From Burkholderiales bacterium (lineage in GTDB: Bacteria > Pseudomonadota > Gammaproteobacteria > Burkholderiales > Burkholderiaceae_C), in contig JBBRPV010000005.1 of the NCBI GenBank assembly GCA_038227445.1, forward strand, positions 584-64,583: a stretch of 64,000 nt of DNA, in the 5' to 3' direction. Shown here one piece after another: positions 46,489-56,886 of this stretch. Position numbers and translations under genes: made by a program. The notes beneath the pieces are model-generated. The model did no database searches. It was given only the letters and a program-made list of their open reading frames with translations, and was not told where the DNA came from. Position 1 is the first letter of the stretch. Every line of letters starts with the position of its first letter.

Positions 46489-47571
46489 CTAACGCGACGC
46501 AAGAAGCACATCGAGGATGCGGTTGGCAGCATCACCGGCGCCGTAGGGGCTGACCTCCACCCTTTCCTGCTGTGCATGCTGCTCGACCGCCTGGATCAGC
46601 CTGGCCGCATCGCTGCCGACCAACGTGTTCCAGCCGGCATCGACGGTCTCGACCCACTCGGTTTCCGCGCGGGTGGTTACACACGGAACCCGATAGAAGA
46701 AAGCTTCCTTCTGCACGCCCCCTGAGTCGGTGACGATCACTTGCGCATGCTTCTCGAGTGCCACCATGTCCAGGTAGGACACCGGTTCGATCATAGTGAC
46801 GTCTCCGAGCGCGTCGTCCATGCCGTATTCCCGAATCTTGGCTTTGGTGCGCGGATGGATCGGAAAGATCACCCGCCGCGATGCGGCGATGCCGGCCAAG
46901 CCCTTGACAATGCCGGCCAGGCACTTCGGGTCGTCGGTGTTTTCGGCACGATGGCAGGTGGCCAGGACGTAGCCCTTTGGCGCGACGCCGAGCTCCGCGA
47001 GGATGCTCGTGCGCTGTTCGGCCAGCCCAGCGAAGAGCAGTGCCACGTCGTACATCACATCGCCGACGAGGTGAACGCCGCTCGAAAGACCGTCACTGGC
47101 GAGGTTTGCGACGGCCGTTTCGGTTGGACAAAGCAGCAGCGAAGACAAGCGGTCAGCGACGATCCGATTGATCTCTTCCGGCATCCGCATGTTGAACGAA
47201 CGCAGCCCCGCTTCGACGTGGGCAATCGGTATGTGTAGCTTGCTGGCGGCGAGCGCCGCGGCGAGGGTAGAGTTGGTGTCGCCGTAGATCAGCACCCAAT
47301 CCGGACGCTGTTCGAGGAGTACCTGTTCCAACGCTTCGAGCATCCTTCCGGTCATCGCCCCGTGGGTTCCCCCAGAGATGGCCAGGTTGTAGGCTGGCGC
47401 GGCGATGCCGAGTTCCTCAAAGAAGACATCGGACATCTTCTGATCGTAGTGCTGCCCGGTATGGACGAGCACTTCGGTCACGCCCGCCACGCTGCGAGCA
47501 AGCAGCGCGCGAGAAAACGCTGCGGCCTTGATGAATTGAGGGCGAGCCCCGACGACAGTCAAGATTTTCAT
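46489..47571 (-). CDS. wbpI: Non-hydrolysing UDP-HexNAc 2-epimerase, WbpI/WlbD-like
   Basis: VVGARPQFIK, HTGQHYD, GDTNSTLA, HVEAGLRSF, DSGGVQKEA; directly after wbpE copy 2. Confidence 0.85.
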   Translation of the reverse strand: MKILTVVGARPQFIKAAAFSRALLARSVAGVTEVLVHTGQHYDQKMSDVFFEELGIAAPAYNLAISGGTHGAMTGRMLEALEQVLLEQRPDWVLIYGDTNSTLAAALAASKLHIPIAHVEAGLRSFNMRMPEEINRIVADRLSSLLLCPTETAVANLASDGLSSGVHLVGDVMYDVALLFAGLAEQRTSILAELGVAPKGYVLATCHRAENTDDPKCLAGIVKGLAGIAASRRVIFPIHPRTKAKIREYGMDDALGDVTMIEPVSYLDMVALEKHAQVIVTDSGGVQKEAFFYRVPCVTTRAETEWVETVDAGWNTLVGSDAARLIQAVEQHAQQERVEVSPYGAGDAANRILDVLLASR

Positions 47572-47590
47572 TGAAACATTCCGGGAAAAT

Positions 47591-48715
47591 TCACTGGATC
47601 GCGGCGTGCACAGCGTGGATCACCCGGTCCTGTTGCAGTTCGGAGAGGTCGGCGCTGATCGGCAGGCTCATGACGTGCGCTGCAGCAAGATCGCTACTCG
47701 GGCTGGCGTTGGCAGAGCCGTAAACCGCGTAGGCCGGCTGCCGATCCAGGGGTAACGGGTAGTGTATTGCGCTAGGGATTCCCACCGCTGCGAGACGCTC
47801 CTGCATAACTGCGCGGTCATCGGCGAAGATCGTGTACTGAGCCCAGACGCAGTCGCGGTCGCCCTTGACCTGCAGCAAGCTCACGCCGCGGAGCCCTGCT
47901 AAGGCTGCGCCATAGCGTTCGCCAAGCGCCTTGCGCTGCGCCAGCTCCCACTCGAAGCGTTCGAGCTTGCCGAGCACCACGGCGCATTGCAATGTGTCCA
48001 TGCGCCCGCCGACACCGACGCGTGTGTGGTGGTAGCGCTTGCTCTGGCCATGCACGCGGATCTCGCGGCAGGCCTGCGCGAGTGCGTCGTCGTTCGTGAA
48101 GATCGCGCCGCCATCGCCATAACAGCCGAGCGGCTTGCTGGGAAAGAAGCTGGTGCAGCCGAAGGTGCTTAGGTTGCAGCTTTTTCGCCCCTTGTAGCTT
48201 GCGCCAAAGCTTTGTGCGGCGTCTTCGATCACGGGGATGTTGCCGTGGCCTGCCGCGATGGCGTTGATTTCGTCCAGGTCGGCCACCTGGCCGTACAGAC
48301 TCACCGGCATGATGGCCCGGGTGCGTGGCGTGATGGCCGCTTCGATCAACGAAACATCGATGTTGCAGGTGCCGGGTTCGATGTCCACGAAGACCGGCTT
48401 CGCACCGGCGAGCACGATCATCTCTGCCGTCGCCGCGAACGTGAACGGCGAGGTGATGACTTCGTCGCCCGGCTTCAGCTCGAGCGCCATCAGCGCGATG
48501 AGCAGCGCCTCGGTGCCGCTCGCCACGGTGATGCAGTGCTTCGAGCTGGCGTAGGCGGCCAGCCGCTCTTCGAGCTCCTTCACTTCCGGTCCCATGATGT
48601 ACTGGCCGTGGTCGAGCACCCGCTGGATGCGTCCGTTGATCGACTCGCGCAGCGCCGCGTACTGCGACTTGAGATCGATGAAGTCGAGGGGCTTGAGCAT
48701 GTCGGGGGCGTTCAT
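47591..48715 (-). CDS. wbpE: WbpE/WlbC aminotransferase (copy 2)
   Basis: [24 protein letters not shown]; colinear with 13325-14443. Confidence 0.9.
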   Translation of the reverse strand: MNAPDMLKPLDFIDLKSQYAALRESINGRIQRVLDHGQYIMGPEVKELEERLAAYASSKHCITVASGTEALLIALMALELKPGDEVITSPFTFAATAEMIVLAGAKPVFVDIEPGTCNIDVSLIEAAITPRTRAIMPVSLYGQVADLDEINAIAAGHGNIPVIEDAAQSFGASYKGRKSCNLSTFGCTSFFPSKPLGCYGDGGAIFTNDDALAQACREIRVHGQSKRYHHTRVGVGGRMDTLQCAVVLGKLERFEWELAQRKALGERYGAALAGLRGVSLLQVKGDRDCVWAQYTIFADDRAVMQERLAAVGIPSAIHYPLPLDRQPAYAVYGSANASPSSDLAAAHVMSLPISADLSELQQDRVIHAVHAAIQ

Positions 48716-49308
48716 GGTTTGGTTTCCTCGTGTTCGGCAACGGCCAGCACGCCACCGCGCAGGATGAAGTGATCGCCTGTATGCGGGCAGCGTGTTTCCC
48801 CGTTGCCTTGTAGCGGCAGTTCCAGCCGCTCGCCGAAGCGGCTCATCCAGCCGATCTGGCGGGCCGGCACGCCGACCATCAGCGCAAAGTCGGGCACATC
48901 ACGGTTGATGACGGCGCCGGCGCCCACGAAGGCGTAATGGCCGATCGTCGTGCCGCAGACGATGGTGCTGTTGGCGCCCAGGGTCGCGCCACGTTGCACC
49001 AGCGTGCGCCGGTATTCTTCCTTGCGCGTCACGGCCGAACGCGGGTTGTAAACGTTGGTGAAGACCATGCTCGGACCGCAGAACACGTCGTCTTCGAGTG
49101 TCACCGCGTCGTAGACCGAGACGTTGTTCTGGATCTTGACGTTGTCGCCAATGCGCACGTCATTGCCCACGTAGACGTTCTGCCCGAAGGAGCAGCGCGC
49201 GCCGACGCGGGCACCGGCGCTGATGTGTACGAAATGCCAGACCCAGCAGTCGGCGCCCAGCACGGCGCCGTTGTCGACGATGGCCGAGGAATGGATGGTG
49301 GTGGCCAT
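48712..49308 (-). CDS. wbpD: WbpD/WlbB N-acetyltransferase (copy 2)
   Basis: [27 protein letters not shown] shared with 12747-13328. Confidence 0.9.
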   Translation of the reverse strand: MATTIHSSAIVDNGAVLGADCWVWHFVHISAGARVGARCSFGQNVYVGNDVRIGDNVKIQNNVSVYDAVTLEDDVFCGPSMVFTNVYNPRSAVTRKEEYRRTLVQRGATLGANSTIVCGTTIGHYAFVGAGAVINRDVPDFALMVGVPARQIGWMSRFGERLELPLQGNGETRCPHTGDHFILRGGVLAVAEHEETKP

Positions 49309-49322
49309 GCGCGGGCGGTGCC

Positions 49323-50384
49323 TCAGTAGGCCAGCGGCAGATTGACGCGCTTGCCGTCACGGGCCGAAAGGTACATCGCGATCAGCAGCTCGAGCGACTT
49401 CAGGCCTTCCCGGCCGTCGATCTCGGGGGCTGCTTCGCCGCGCAGCGTGTCGATCACGTTGCTGTAGTAAAGCGGGTGTCCGAAACCGTAGACAGAGGTG
49501 GTGCGGTAGCTGGCGTCCTCGATTTGCTGGTCCATCGGGTCGGTGTCGGCGAACTCCCAGTGTTTGATCTCGTTCACTGCAACGCCGCCGATCCGTACAG
49601 AACCCCTCTCGCCCAAGATCGTGATCGAGCCTTCCAGGTTCTTCGGGTAGGTCAGCATGGTGACGTTGATCGAGCCCATGGCGCCGTTACGCCATTTGAG
49701 CGCGGCCACGCCTGTGTCTTCCACTTCAATGTCGCGCGCGAGCGTGCCGGTGTAAGCCATGACGCTTTCGACCGGTCCGACGATCCAGTCGAGCAGGTCG
49801 ACGTAGTGACTTGCCTGGTTCATGAAGGCGCCGCCGTCGAACTCCCACGTGCCGCGCCAGGCGGCGCTGTCGTAGTACTCCTGCGGACGGGTCCAGAACA
49901 CGTTCACGCCGACCATGTAGATCCGGCCGAAGCGACCTTTTTCGACCGCATGCTTGAGCAGTTGCAGCGTACGGTTGCGTCGGTTCTGTTTGACGACGAA
50001 GAGCCGTGCGCCGGCTTCGTCACAGGCTCGCACCATGGCCAGTCCGTCTGTCCAGCGTGTGGCCATGGGCTTTTCGGTCATCACGTCGAAGCCTGCGCGT
50101 GCGGCTTCGGCTGCCTGGGCGGGGTGCAGGCCGCTCGGCGTGGTCAGCACAACGCAATCTGCGCTCGAAGCTGCCAACATCGCGCTCAGGTCGGTGTGGC
50201 CCATTGCGCCGGTCTTCTTCACGGCGTTGGCAAGCGCGGCTGGGTCGACTTCGCAGACGTCTGTCAGTTCGCAGCGTTCAGCGTGCGTCGCAATCGAGTC
50301 AAAGTGGTTGTTGGCGATGCGGCCACAGCCGACCAAGGCAAAGCGCACCTTGCGGTCGGTGATGGGCAGGCGGCGTGAGTGCAT
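49323..50384 (-). CDS. wbpB: WbpB/WlbA dehydrogenase (copy 2)
   Basis: [28 protein letters not shown]; start at 50384 inferred. Confidence 0.88.
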   Translation of the reverse strand: MHSRRLPITDRKVRFALVGCGRIANNHFDSIATHAERCELTDVCEVDPAALANAVKKTGAMGHTDLSAMLAASSADCVVLTTPSGLHPAQAAEAARAGFDVMTEKPMATRWTDGLAMVRACDEAGARLFVVKQNRRNRTLQLLKHAVEKGRFGRIYMVGVNVFWTRPQEYYDSAAWRGTWEFDGGAFMNQASHYVDLLDWIVGPVESVMAYTGTLARDIEVEDTGVAALKWRNGAMGSINVTMLTYPKNLEGSITILGERGSVRIGGVAVNEIKHWEFADTDPMDQQIEDASYRTTSVYGFGHPLYYSNVIDTLRGEAAPEIDGREGLKSLELLIAMYLSARDGKRVNLPLAY

Positions 50385-50454
50385 GTTGTCGTCTCGTCCG
50401 TGGGGTTCATTGAGCGGTTTCAAGGTGACGGCAAACGCAGATGGTCGAATCGCG

Positions 50455-50829
50455 TCACCGAACCTCCTGTGGAAGTTCGTCTTTGAGCGTTGCGATCAGG
50501 TGCCGCATTTGCTCAAACTCAGCTTCCTTTCGCGACAGGAAGGATCGTGTCAAGCGGATTTTCTCGCGCAGCCCGCTGGGCGTGAGCACGTAGGCGTAGG
50601 CCAGCTTGTTGTCGCTGCGCCGAAAGTTACCCACCTTGACCAAGCCTTTGTCGAGCAGGGCATGCAGCACGTAGTGGGTTTTCCCCAAACTGAGTCCGAG
50701 GGCAGACGACATTTCTCGCTGCGACATGTCGGAACGATGCTGGAGTAGGCGCAAGACAGCCAGCCGAGCGCCTTCGGTGTCCCCATGCGATGGTCGATCA
50801 GGTGACACCGAATCTGCTTGTTCAAACAT
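50455..50829 (-). CDS. MarR-family EPS-associated transcriptional regulator
   Basis: SQREMSSALGLSLGKTHYVLHALLDKGLVK, YAYVLTPSG. Confidence 0.88.
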   Translation of the reverse strand: MFEQADSVSPDRPSHGDTEGARLAVLRLLQHRSDMSQREMSSALGLSLGKTHYVLHALLDKGLVKVGNFRRSDNKLAYAYVLTPSGLREKIRLTRSFLSRKEAEFEQMRHLIATLKDELPQEVR

Positions 50830-50845
50830 TGAACACTCGATTGTA
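50819..50845 (-). promoter_or_regulatory. Palindrome TGTTCAA-N3-TTGAACA over the MarR start codon, with an upstream TACAAT -10
   Basis: 7-bp arms at 50819-50825 and 50829-50835; TACAAT (minus) at 50840-50845. Confidence 0.5.
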
Positions 50846-50957
50846 ATCTAGTCCGCCGACGATCCAACGCCCTGTTCGGACCCATTGCTGAAGCGAGGAG
50901 CCGCTAAGGTGAGAGCCGTGCAGGCACGGGGTCGGGGGTCGTAAAAACCGCAGCGGG

Positions 50958-52193
50958 TTAGCCGCGAAAGCGCCAAGCCCGGGCGAGCTGCTCCCGACGC
51001 TGCGCGTCCAGAGGGTTCACCTCACGCGACCAGACCCTGTAACGCCGGGCAAACACAAAGAAGCTCGACGCCAGAAACGCGAGCAGCGTGCTGGCCATGG
51101 CGACCTGCGCAATTGACGGCTTGGACTTGTGGTCGGGCGGCTCCGCAATGTCGACCTTCTGGAGTGCCGGGCCTTCCTTGGCCTCATCGAGCTTCGCGGC
51201 CTCGAACTGACGAATCATCGTTTCGAGCAGAGTCTCCTGGATTTTGACCTCGCGTCTCGCGCGCACGTAAGCGATGCCAGCCTCAGGCAGCTTGCCAACC
51301 GGCATGTCGACTGCGCTGCCCGGGTTGCCGCCTTGCGTCGATTCCATGCGGGCCAATTCCCCACGCAGGGCTCGCAATTCCGAATTGAGTCGAATGACTT
51401 CGGGGTTTTGCTCGGTAGCCGCGGTACGCAGCACCTTGAGTTGCACCTCGCGCTCGGCGACCAAGGAGCGCAACTGTGCTGCGCCCAAGATCAGGGCCTC
51501 GGCTTGCTTGTCGAGCATGATCAGGCCCGATTTCTCTTGCACCTGACGGAGGTCCTGTTCCGCATTGATCAGGTGTTCTTTAGTGTCGTTGAGCTGCTTC
51601 TCGAAAAATACCCGCCGCAACTGCGCTTCCGAGACTGCGAGACGATCCAGCACCTTTGTGATTTCGCCGGCATGGGCGTTGGCCAGGTCGGCCGCGAACC
51701 GAGGCTCGCGGTCGTCCACTTCGACAGTGATCAGGCCGCTTTTCTTGTCCGATGAGACTCTGATGTAGTTGGGCAGGGTCTTGCGAAGGGCTTCATTGGT
51801 CGCAGCGCCGTATCGCGCCTTCAATGCGAATCGCTCGGCGATCGCGCGTTGCACGCTGTCGCTTTTCAGCAGCGCCACATACAACTCGTCGGGTGACTTC
51901 GGTGCCGCACCTCCCACCAGGCCGCCGAGCGAGCCGAGCGCTGCCAGCGCTGCTGCCGACCCGCTCGGTTGCTGCGAGCCCGGGGCCAGCAAGGTGGCGC
52001 GTGCCGTGTACGTCTTCGGCAGCAGAAGACCGACCCCGATTGAACCGATTGCCGCCAAAACCGTGACCGCGGCGATCAACCGTTTGCCCTCACCGATCCA
52101 GGTCAGGGCCTGGGTCAAACTAACGGTGGCCCCCTCGTCTTCGAATACTTCCGCTGTGGCCGGCGGAAGCTGCTGCAGGTTTGTGCTCTTCAT
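50958..52193 (-). CDS. Polysaccharide co-polymerase / chain-length determinant (Wzz/GumC-like PCP, no kinase domain)
   Basis: Two terminal TM helices, YTARATLL, coiled-coil periplasmic region, VDIAEPPDHKSKP. Confidence 0.85.
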   Translation of the reverse strand: MKSTNLQQLPPATAEVFEDEGATVSLTQALTWIGEGKRLIAAVTVLAAIGSIGVGLLLPKTYTARATLLAPGSQQPSGSAAALAALGSLGGLVGGAAPKSPDELYVALLKSDSVQRAIAERFALKARYGAATNEALRKTLPNYIRVSSDKKSGLITVEVDDREPRFAADLANAHAGEITKVLDRLAVSEAQLRRVFFEKQLNDTKEHLINAEQDLRQVQEKSGLIMLDKQAEALILGAAQLRSLVAEREVQLKVLRTAATEQNPEVIRLNSELRALRGELARMESTQGGNPGSAVDMPVGKLPEAGIAYVRARREVKIQETLLETMIRQFEAAKLDEAKEGPALQKVDIAEPPDHKSKPSIAQVAMASTLLAFLASSFFVFARRYRVWSREVNPLDAQRREQLARAWRFRG

Positions 52194-52206
52194 GAGGGTC
52201 CCCGCA

Positions 52207-54627
52207 TCAAAGCGAATGAATGGCGGCGATACCTATGCCGAACCCGGTGAAGATCTGCGCAAAGTCTTTCAGATTTCGAACGAACGCCCGGCCCCAGGTT
52301 TCAAAGTCGAGCTGGTTCGGCACGATGAGCGCGTCGCCGGGTTGCATGACCTGCGACTCGAGTCTGCTGCGACCGAAGAAACTGCGCTTGTCACCAGCAT
52401 GGCTCACTGTGCCGTCGGCGCGCAGGATGAACATGTTGTCGGGCTCCGCGGCTTCGTCGGCGCCGGCCAGGCGCAGGTAATCGCCGGCAGTGCGGCCCGG
52501 TTTCCAGAGGAACGCGTTGCTGTTGACCACCGCACCCGCCACAGTGACGAAGCCGGGCCGCGAGGGTATGACGATGCGGTCGCCGCCTTCCAGCGGCACG
52601 TCGGGGAGCGACTCCGGCGCCACTGTCTCGGGGTCAAGTTCGAGCGCGATGCGGCCGTTAGGCTGAACGTTGCGTAAGCGTGCAAGCTGGGCCTGCGTGG
52701 CGGCATTGCTCACCGCCGTGGTCGACGCTGCACCCACGGCGTCATCGCGTCGGTTGGCGGCGTCGCGTGCGGCTTGCACTGCAGACAAAGACTCAAGCCG
52801 CGCGATGGCCGCCACGAGGTTCTCGCGTTGCCGCTGGCGCGTTTCTTCGCGGCTGAATTCCATGCCGTAAAGGTAGGCCTGGCCGGTGAATCCACCGGCG
52901 CGTTCGATCACGCTCTTCAGCGTGTCGCCCGCCTGCAACTGGTACACACCCGGCGAGCCCACTTCGCCTTCCAGCGACACGAGGCGCGTCTGGCGCGAAA
53001 GCGGCACGCGGATGTCTTTCTGGCTGTAGACCGTGACGACGTCACCGGCCATCAGCTCGATGTTGTTCGCCGCGTCGCCTTGCAGCACGGCCTTGCCGAG
53101 GTTGAATGGGATCACCTGAGTGCTTAGGTCTTGGGTGTTGAGCCGCTCGATCACCGCATAGTCCCAGTTCAGTTCATCGAACAAGGCCGTCGGTGTCCTT
53201 TTCGACGCTTCGAGCACGACACGGTCTTCCCTGCGGCGTTGGCGTTCGGCGCGGCTGCGCGGGGCTGCCGCCGCGGCGGCGTTCGGACCAACGGCCAGGC
53301 CGGCGTCGGCACGCAAGTCGTCATCGTCTTCGAGCACTTGGACGAGCAGGTTCTTGCGGCGATAGAAGTCGGGCGAGATCAGCGCGTCGCGGTCGGGGAT
53401 CAGGTCGCGAATGCGCATGCCGGGTTTGAACGCGTAGCGCAGCGGCTGTGCCACATGGCCACGCAGCGTGACCGCATTGGCGAACTGCGGGGAAATTGCC
53501 AGCAAGGTCAGCATGTCGCCGTCGCGCAGCAGCTGTTGCAGGCCGTTGCCGTCGAGCTTGAACTCTTCGACAAAGCGAGCTTTCGCTTGCCCGGTGTCGA
53601 CGCGTTCGAGATGCGCCCGGTTCGGGTTGGCGAGCAGCGGCAGGCCGCCGGCGTAGCGCAGCACTTCGCGCAATGGTTCTTGCGGCGTCTTGAGCTCGTA
53701 GATGGCCGAGGTGTCGATCGCGCCGGTGAGCGCCACACGGGCACCCGTGGGCTGAAACACGATCACATCGCCGGCCGCGAGTTGCACGTCTTTCGACTTG
53801 TCGCCTTGCACCAGGAACTCATAGACGTCGAGCTCCGAGACCACCTTGCCATCGCGGCGCAGCAGCACCTTGCGCATCGAGCCATTTGGTGCCGGCCCCC
53901 CGGCCATGACGACGGCCGAGAGCATGGTGGATTGGCTCGACAACGTGAACACGCCGGGCTGGCGCGCCGGGCCAACGACGAACACCTTGAGGCCACGCAA
54001 CTGCCCGAGCGAAACGCTCAAATTGAAGTTGGTGTAGAGGCGCCCGATCTGACCGCGCAGGTGCTTCTCGAGGTCGGCTGCCTTGACGCCAGCAACGGTG
54101 AAGCTGCCGACCTTGGGCAGGCTCAGCAGCCCGTTGCGGTCGACCTTGGCTCGGTAGTCGACGTCGATCGAACCCCAAGCGCGCAACATGATTTCGTCGC
54201 CCGGGCCTACGGTGTAGTCGGCGGAGACAGGCACGTTGTCGGCAGGCGCGAAGGCGTCGGCGTTTTCAGCGAAGAACCTGTCGCCGAAAATCGGAAGCAA
54301 ACGGCCTGTTGCGGTTTCGACGAATTTCTGAAACTCGCTCGGCTTGGCCGGGGGTAAATCGATGCGCCGCGGCGGCTGGTCGAGCGTATTGCCGGTCGGC
54401 TGGCCGCGCGCTGCGGCGTCGGTCGCATTGATGGTCGGAACCGGGCGCTGCTGCCCCGCAGGGTTCACGGCGGGCCCGCCCTTCAACGTGGCCGAACCTG
54501 GGTAGCTTGGGGTGTTGAACGAGTTGGCGCCCCCAGGCTGATCGTCGGCCGCGTGCGCCGTGGCAGCGCTCACAACGAAGCTCATCAGGAATAAGAGGCG
54601 AAGGGGGCTCAGGGCGGCAGCGGTCAT
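52207..54627 (-). CDS. Large OPX polysaccharide export protein with multiple SLBB repeats (KpsD/OtnA-like)
   Basis: YTVGPGDEI, VDRNGLLSLPKVG, repeated V.G.V..PG.Y / AGG motifs; signal peptide ending AHA with no lipobox Cys. Confidence 0.88.
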   Translation of the reverse strand: MTAAALSPLRLLFLMSFVVSAATAHAADDQPGGANSFNTPSYPGSATLKGGPAVNPAGQQRPVPTINATDAAARGQPTGNTLDQPPRRIDLPPAKPSEFQKFVETATGRLLPIFGDRFFAENADAFAPADNVPVSADYTVGPGDEIMLRAWGSIDVDYRAKVDRNGLLSLPKVGSFTVAGVKAADLEKHLRGQIGRLYTNFNLSVSLGQLRGLKVFVVGPARQPGVFTLSSQSTMLSAVVMAGGPAPNGSMRKVLLRRDGKVVSELDVYEFLVQGDKSKDVQLAAGDVIVFQPTGARVALTGAIDTSAIYELKTPQEPLREVLRYAGGLPLLANPNRAHLERVDTGQAKARFVEEFKLDGNGLQQLLRDGDMLTLLAISPQFANAVTLRGHVAQPLRYAFKPGMRIRDLIPDRDALISPDFYRRKNLLVQVLEDDDDLRADAGLAVGPNAAAAAAPRSRAERQRRREDRVVLEASKRTPTALFDELNWDYAVIERLNTQDLSTQVIPFNLGKAVLQGDAANNIELMAGDVVTVYSQKDIRVPLSRQTRLVSLEGEVGSPGVYQLQAGDTLKSVIERAGGFTGQAYLYGMEFSREETRQRQRENLVAAIARLESLSAVQAARDAANRRDDAVGAASTTAVSNAATQAQLARLRNVQPNGRIALELDPETVAPESLPDVPLEGGDRIVIPSRPGFVTVAGAVVNSNAFLWKPGRTAGDYLRLAGADEAAEPDNMFILRADGTVSHAGDKRSFFGRSRLESQVMQPGDALIVPNQLDFETWGRAFVRNLKDFAQIFTGFGIGIAAIHSL

Positions 54628-54670
54628 GTAGGGGCGTCAGCGGGTTTGTTGCGGGCGGTGAGCACGGGCT

Positions 54671-56107
54671 TCACTTGCGCCCGTAGGTGTCTTCAAAGCG
54701 CACGATGTCGTCTTCGCCGAGGTACGAGCCCGACTGCACTTCAATGATCTCTAGCGGCACCTTGCCGGGGTTGGCCAGGCGGTGGGTCGTGCCGAGCGGA
54801 ATGTAGGTGCTCTGGTTTTCGGTTAGCAGGATCACTTTGTCGCCGTTTGTCACCTCGGCAGTGCCAGAGACCACGATCCAGTGCTCGGCGCGGTGGTGGT
54901 GCATCTGCAGGCTCAAGGCTGCGCCGGGCTTGACCATGATGCGCTTCACCTGGAAGCGAGCGGCAGCGTCAATGCTGTCGTACCAGCCCCATGGCCGGTT
55001 CACCCGGCGGTGCAAATTCTGTTCGGTGCGGCCCTGCGCTTGCAGCTCGGCCACGACCTTCTTAATGTCTTGGCTGCGGCTGCGATCCGTTACCAAAACG
55101 GCATCTGCGGTTTCTACGATGACGACGTTGTCGAGGCCGACAGCGCTTACGAGCCGGCTCGATGCATGCACCAGCGTGTTGCGGTTGTCGAACATCAGCA
55201 CGTCGCCGGCGCTGGCGTTGCCCGCGGTGTCCTTGTCCGCAACCTGCCATACGGCGTCCCACGCGCCCAGGTCCGACCAGCCAGCATCTAGCGTTTCCAT
55301 GCCGATGTGAATACTGCTGCCGGGACATTTTTCCATCACCGCATAGTCGATCGATTCGCTCGGTACCGCCTCGAATTCGCAGCGGCCCGGGCGAATGAAG
55401 CTGGCGTCGATTTCGCGCTTGGCCCAGGTGTGGCGCGTGGCCAGCAAGATGTCGGGGCGGAACTGCTCAAGCGCGGCCAGCCACACAGAAGCCTTCAACA
55501 CGAAGATGCCACTGTTCCAAAAATAGTTGCCAGCGGCTAAATACGATTGTGCGGTTACGAGGTCGGGCTTTTCCACGAATTGCGCCACGGCGAGGCCGCC
55601 GCTGGCTTCTGCGGTGCGGATGTAGCCGAAGCCGGTTTCCGGCGCTGTTGGTGCCACGCCCAATATCAGCACCGAGCCATTGGCGGCACGGCGCACGGCC
55701 CGCTGCAGCGCGGCCGAGAACGCCGTGGCGTTGGTCACGGTCTGGTCGGCGGGTGACACCACCATCACCGGGTCGTTGCCGCCCTCGATCGCTTGGAGCG
55801 CAGCCAGCGTCAGGGCGGGTGCGGTGTTTCGCCCCACGGGCTCCAGCAAGAGCGAAGCGCCGTTCAGCTTGAGCTCGCGAAGTTGTTCGAGCACCAGAAA
55901 TCGATGTTCGTCGTTGCCCACCACCATCGGCTGCGCAACGTCGATGTCGCCCGTGGCGAGCGCGTGCAAGCGCAAAGCGGCTTGCTGAAACAGGCTGTTC
56001 GTGCCCGACAACACCAGGAACTGCTTGGGGAACTGGGCTCGCGAGAGCGGCCACAGCCGGGTGCCGGAACCGCCGGCCATGATCACGGGTTGGACTTGAA
56101 TTGGCAT
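54671..56107 (-). CDS. manC: Mannose-1-phosphate guanylyltransferase / mannose-6-phosphate isomerase
   Basis: MAGGSGTRLWPLSR..PKQF, EPVGRNTAPA, WSDLGAW, RPWGWY, SLQMHHHRAEHW. Confidence 0.95.
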   Translation of the reverse strand: MPIQVQPVIMAGGSGTRLWPLSRAQFPKQFLVLSGTNSLFQQAALRLHALATGDIDVAQPMVVGNDEHRFLVLEQLRELKLNGASLLLEPVGRNTAPALTLAALQAIEGGNDPVMVVSPADQTVTNATAFSAALQRAVRRAANGSVLILGVAPTAPETGFGYIRTAEASGGLAVAQFVEKPDLVTAQSYLAAGNYFWNSGIFVLKASVWLAALEQFRPDILLATRHTWAKREIDASFIRPGRCEFEAVPSESIDYAVMEKCPGSSIHIGMETLDAGWSDLGAWDAVWQVADKDTAGNASAGDVLMFDNRNTLVHASSRLVSAVGLDNVVIVETADAVLVTDRSRSQDIKKVVAELQAQGRTEQNLHRRVNRPWGWYDSIDAAARFQVKRIMVKPGAALSLQMHHHRAEHWIVVSGTAEVTNGDKVILLTENQSTYIPLGTTHRLANPGKVPLEIIEVQSGSYLGEDDIVRFEDTYGRK

Positions 56108-56269
56108 GCTTGTGTTGGTGCGCGGGGCTCGGCGAACGCGGGCGCCGCAGCAGGAAGGTTCAGGGCCACCCCGCAAAACCGGCGATTATCCACACTTGGC
56201 ACGCCTGCTCGTTCAAGGCTGCGTGTGCGGATCGAGCAAGGGGGCGGGGTGCGCCGCAGGGATACAGCG

Positions 56270-56821
56270 TCAGGGGAAAAGCGTTGCGGCAGCAAGAAAC
56301 GGCGCTTGCGCGTCTTTGCTCGCCACAAGGGGCTGCTCGCCACCGAGCGGCCAAGTGATGTTTACGCTTGGGTCGTTCCAGCGCAAAGCAGCTTCGGCAT
56401 GGGGCGCGTAGTAGGCGGTGGTCTTGTAAAGGAAATCGGCCGAATCGGTCAGCACCAGAAAGCCGTGCGCGAAGCCAGGCGGAACCCACAGCATGCGGTG
56501 GTTACTGCCGGTGAGCTCGGCACCCGCCCATTGTCCGAAGGTGGCGCTGCTCTTGCGAAGGTCTACCGCCACGTCGAGCACGCCGCCGTTGGTTACTCGC
56601 ACCAGCTTGCCTTGGGTATGTGGTGGAAGCTGGTAATGCAGGCCGCGCAGTACATTCTTCGTCGAGCGTGAATGGTTGTCCTGAACGAACACAAACTCTT
56701 GCCCCACGGCTTCGTTAAACAGCTTCTGGTTGAAGCTTTCCATGAAAAAGCCTCGGTCGTCGCCAAAGACTTTCGGCTCAAGAATCAACACTTCGGGAAT
56801 GGTGGTCGGGATAACTTTCAT
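56270..56821 (-). CDS. rmlC: dTDP-4-dehydrorhamnose 3,5-epimerase
   Basis: FGDDRGFFMESF, QDNHSRS, LRGLHYQ, WVPPGFAHGF. Confidence 0.95.
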   Translation of the reverse strand: MKVIPTTIPEVLILEPKVFGDDRGFFMESFNQKLFNEAVGQEFVFVQDNHSRSTKNVLRGLHYQLPPHTQGKLVRVTNGGVLDVAVDLRKSSATFGQWAGAELTGSNHRMLWVPPGFAHGFLVLTDSADFLYKTTAYYAPHAEAALRWNDPSVNITWPLGGEQPLVASKDAQAPFLAAATLFP

Positions 56822-56886
56822 GGCGGAAATTGTCAGTCAAAAAAATGGCTGACTGCTGGCGCTTTCGAATGGCAGGAGCAGCGCTT

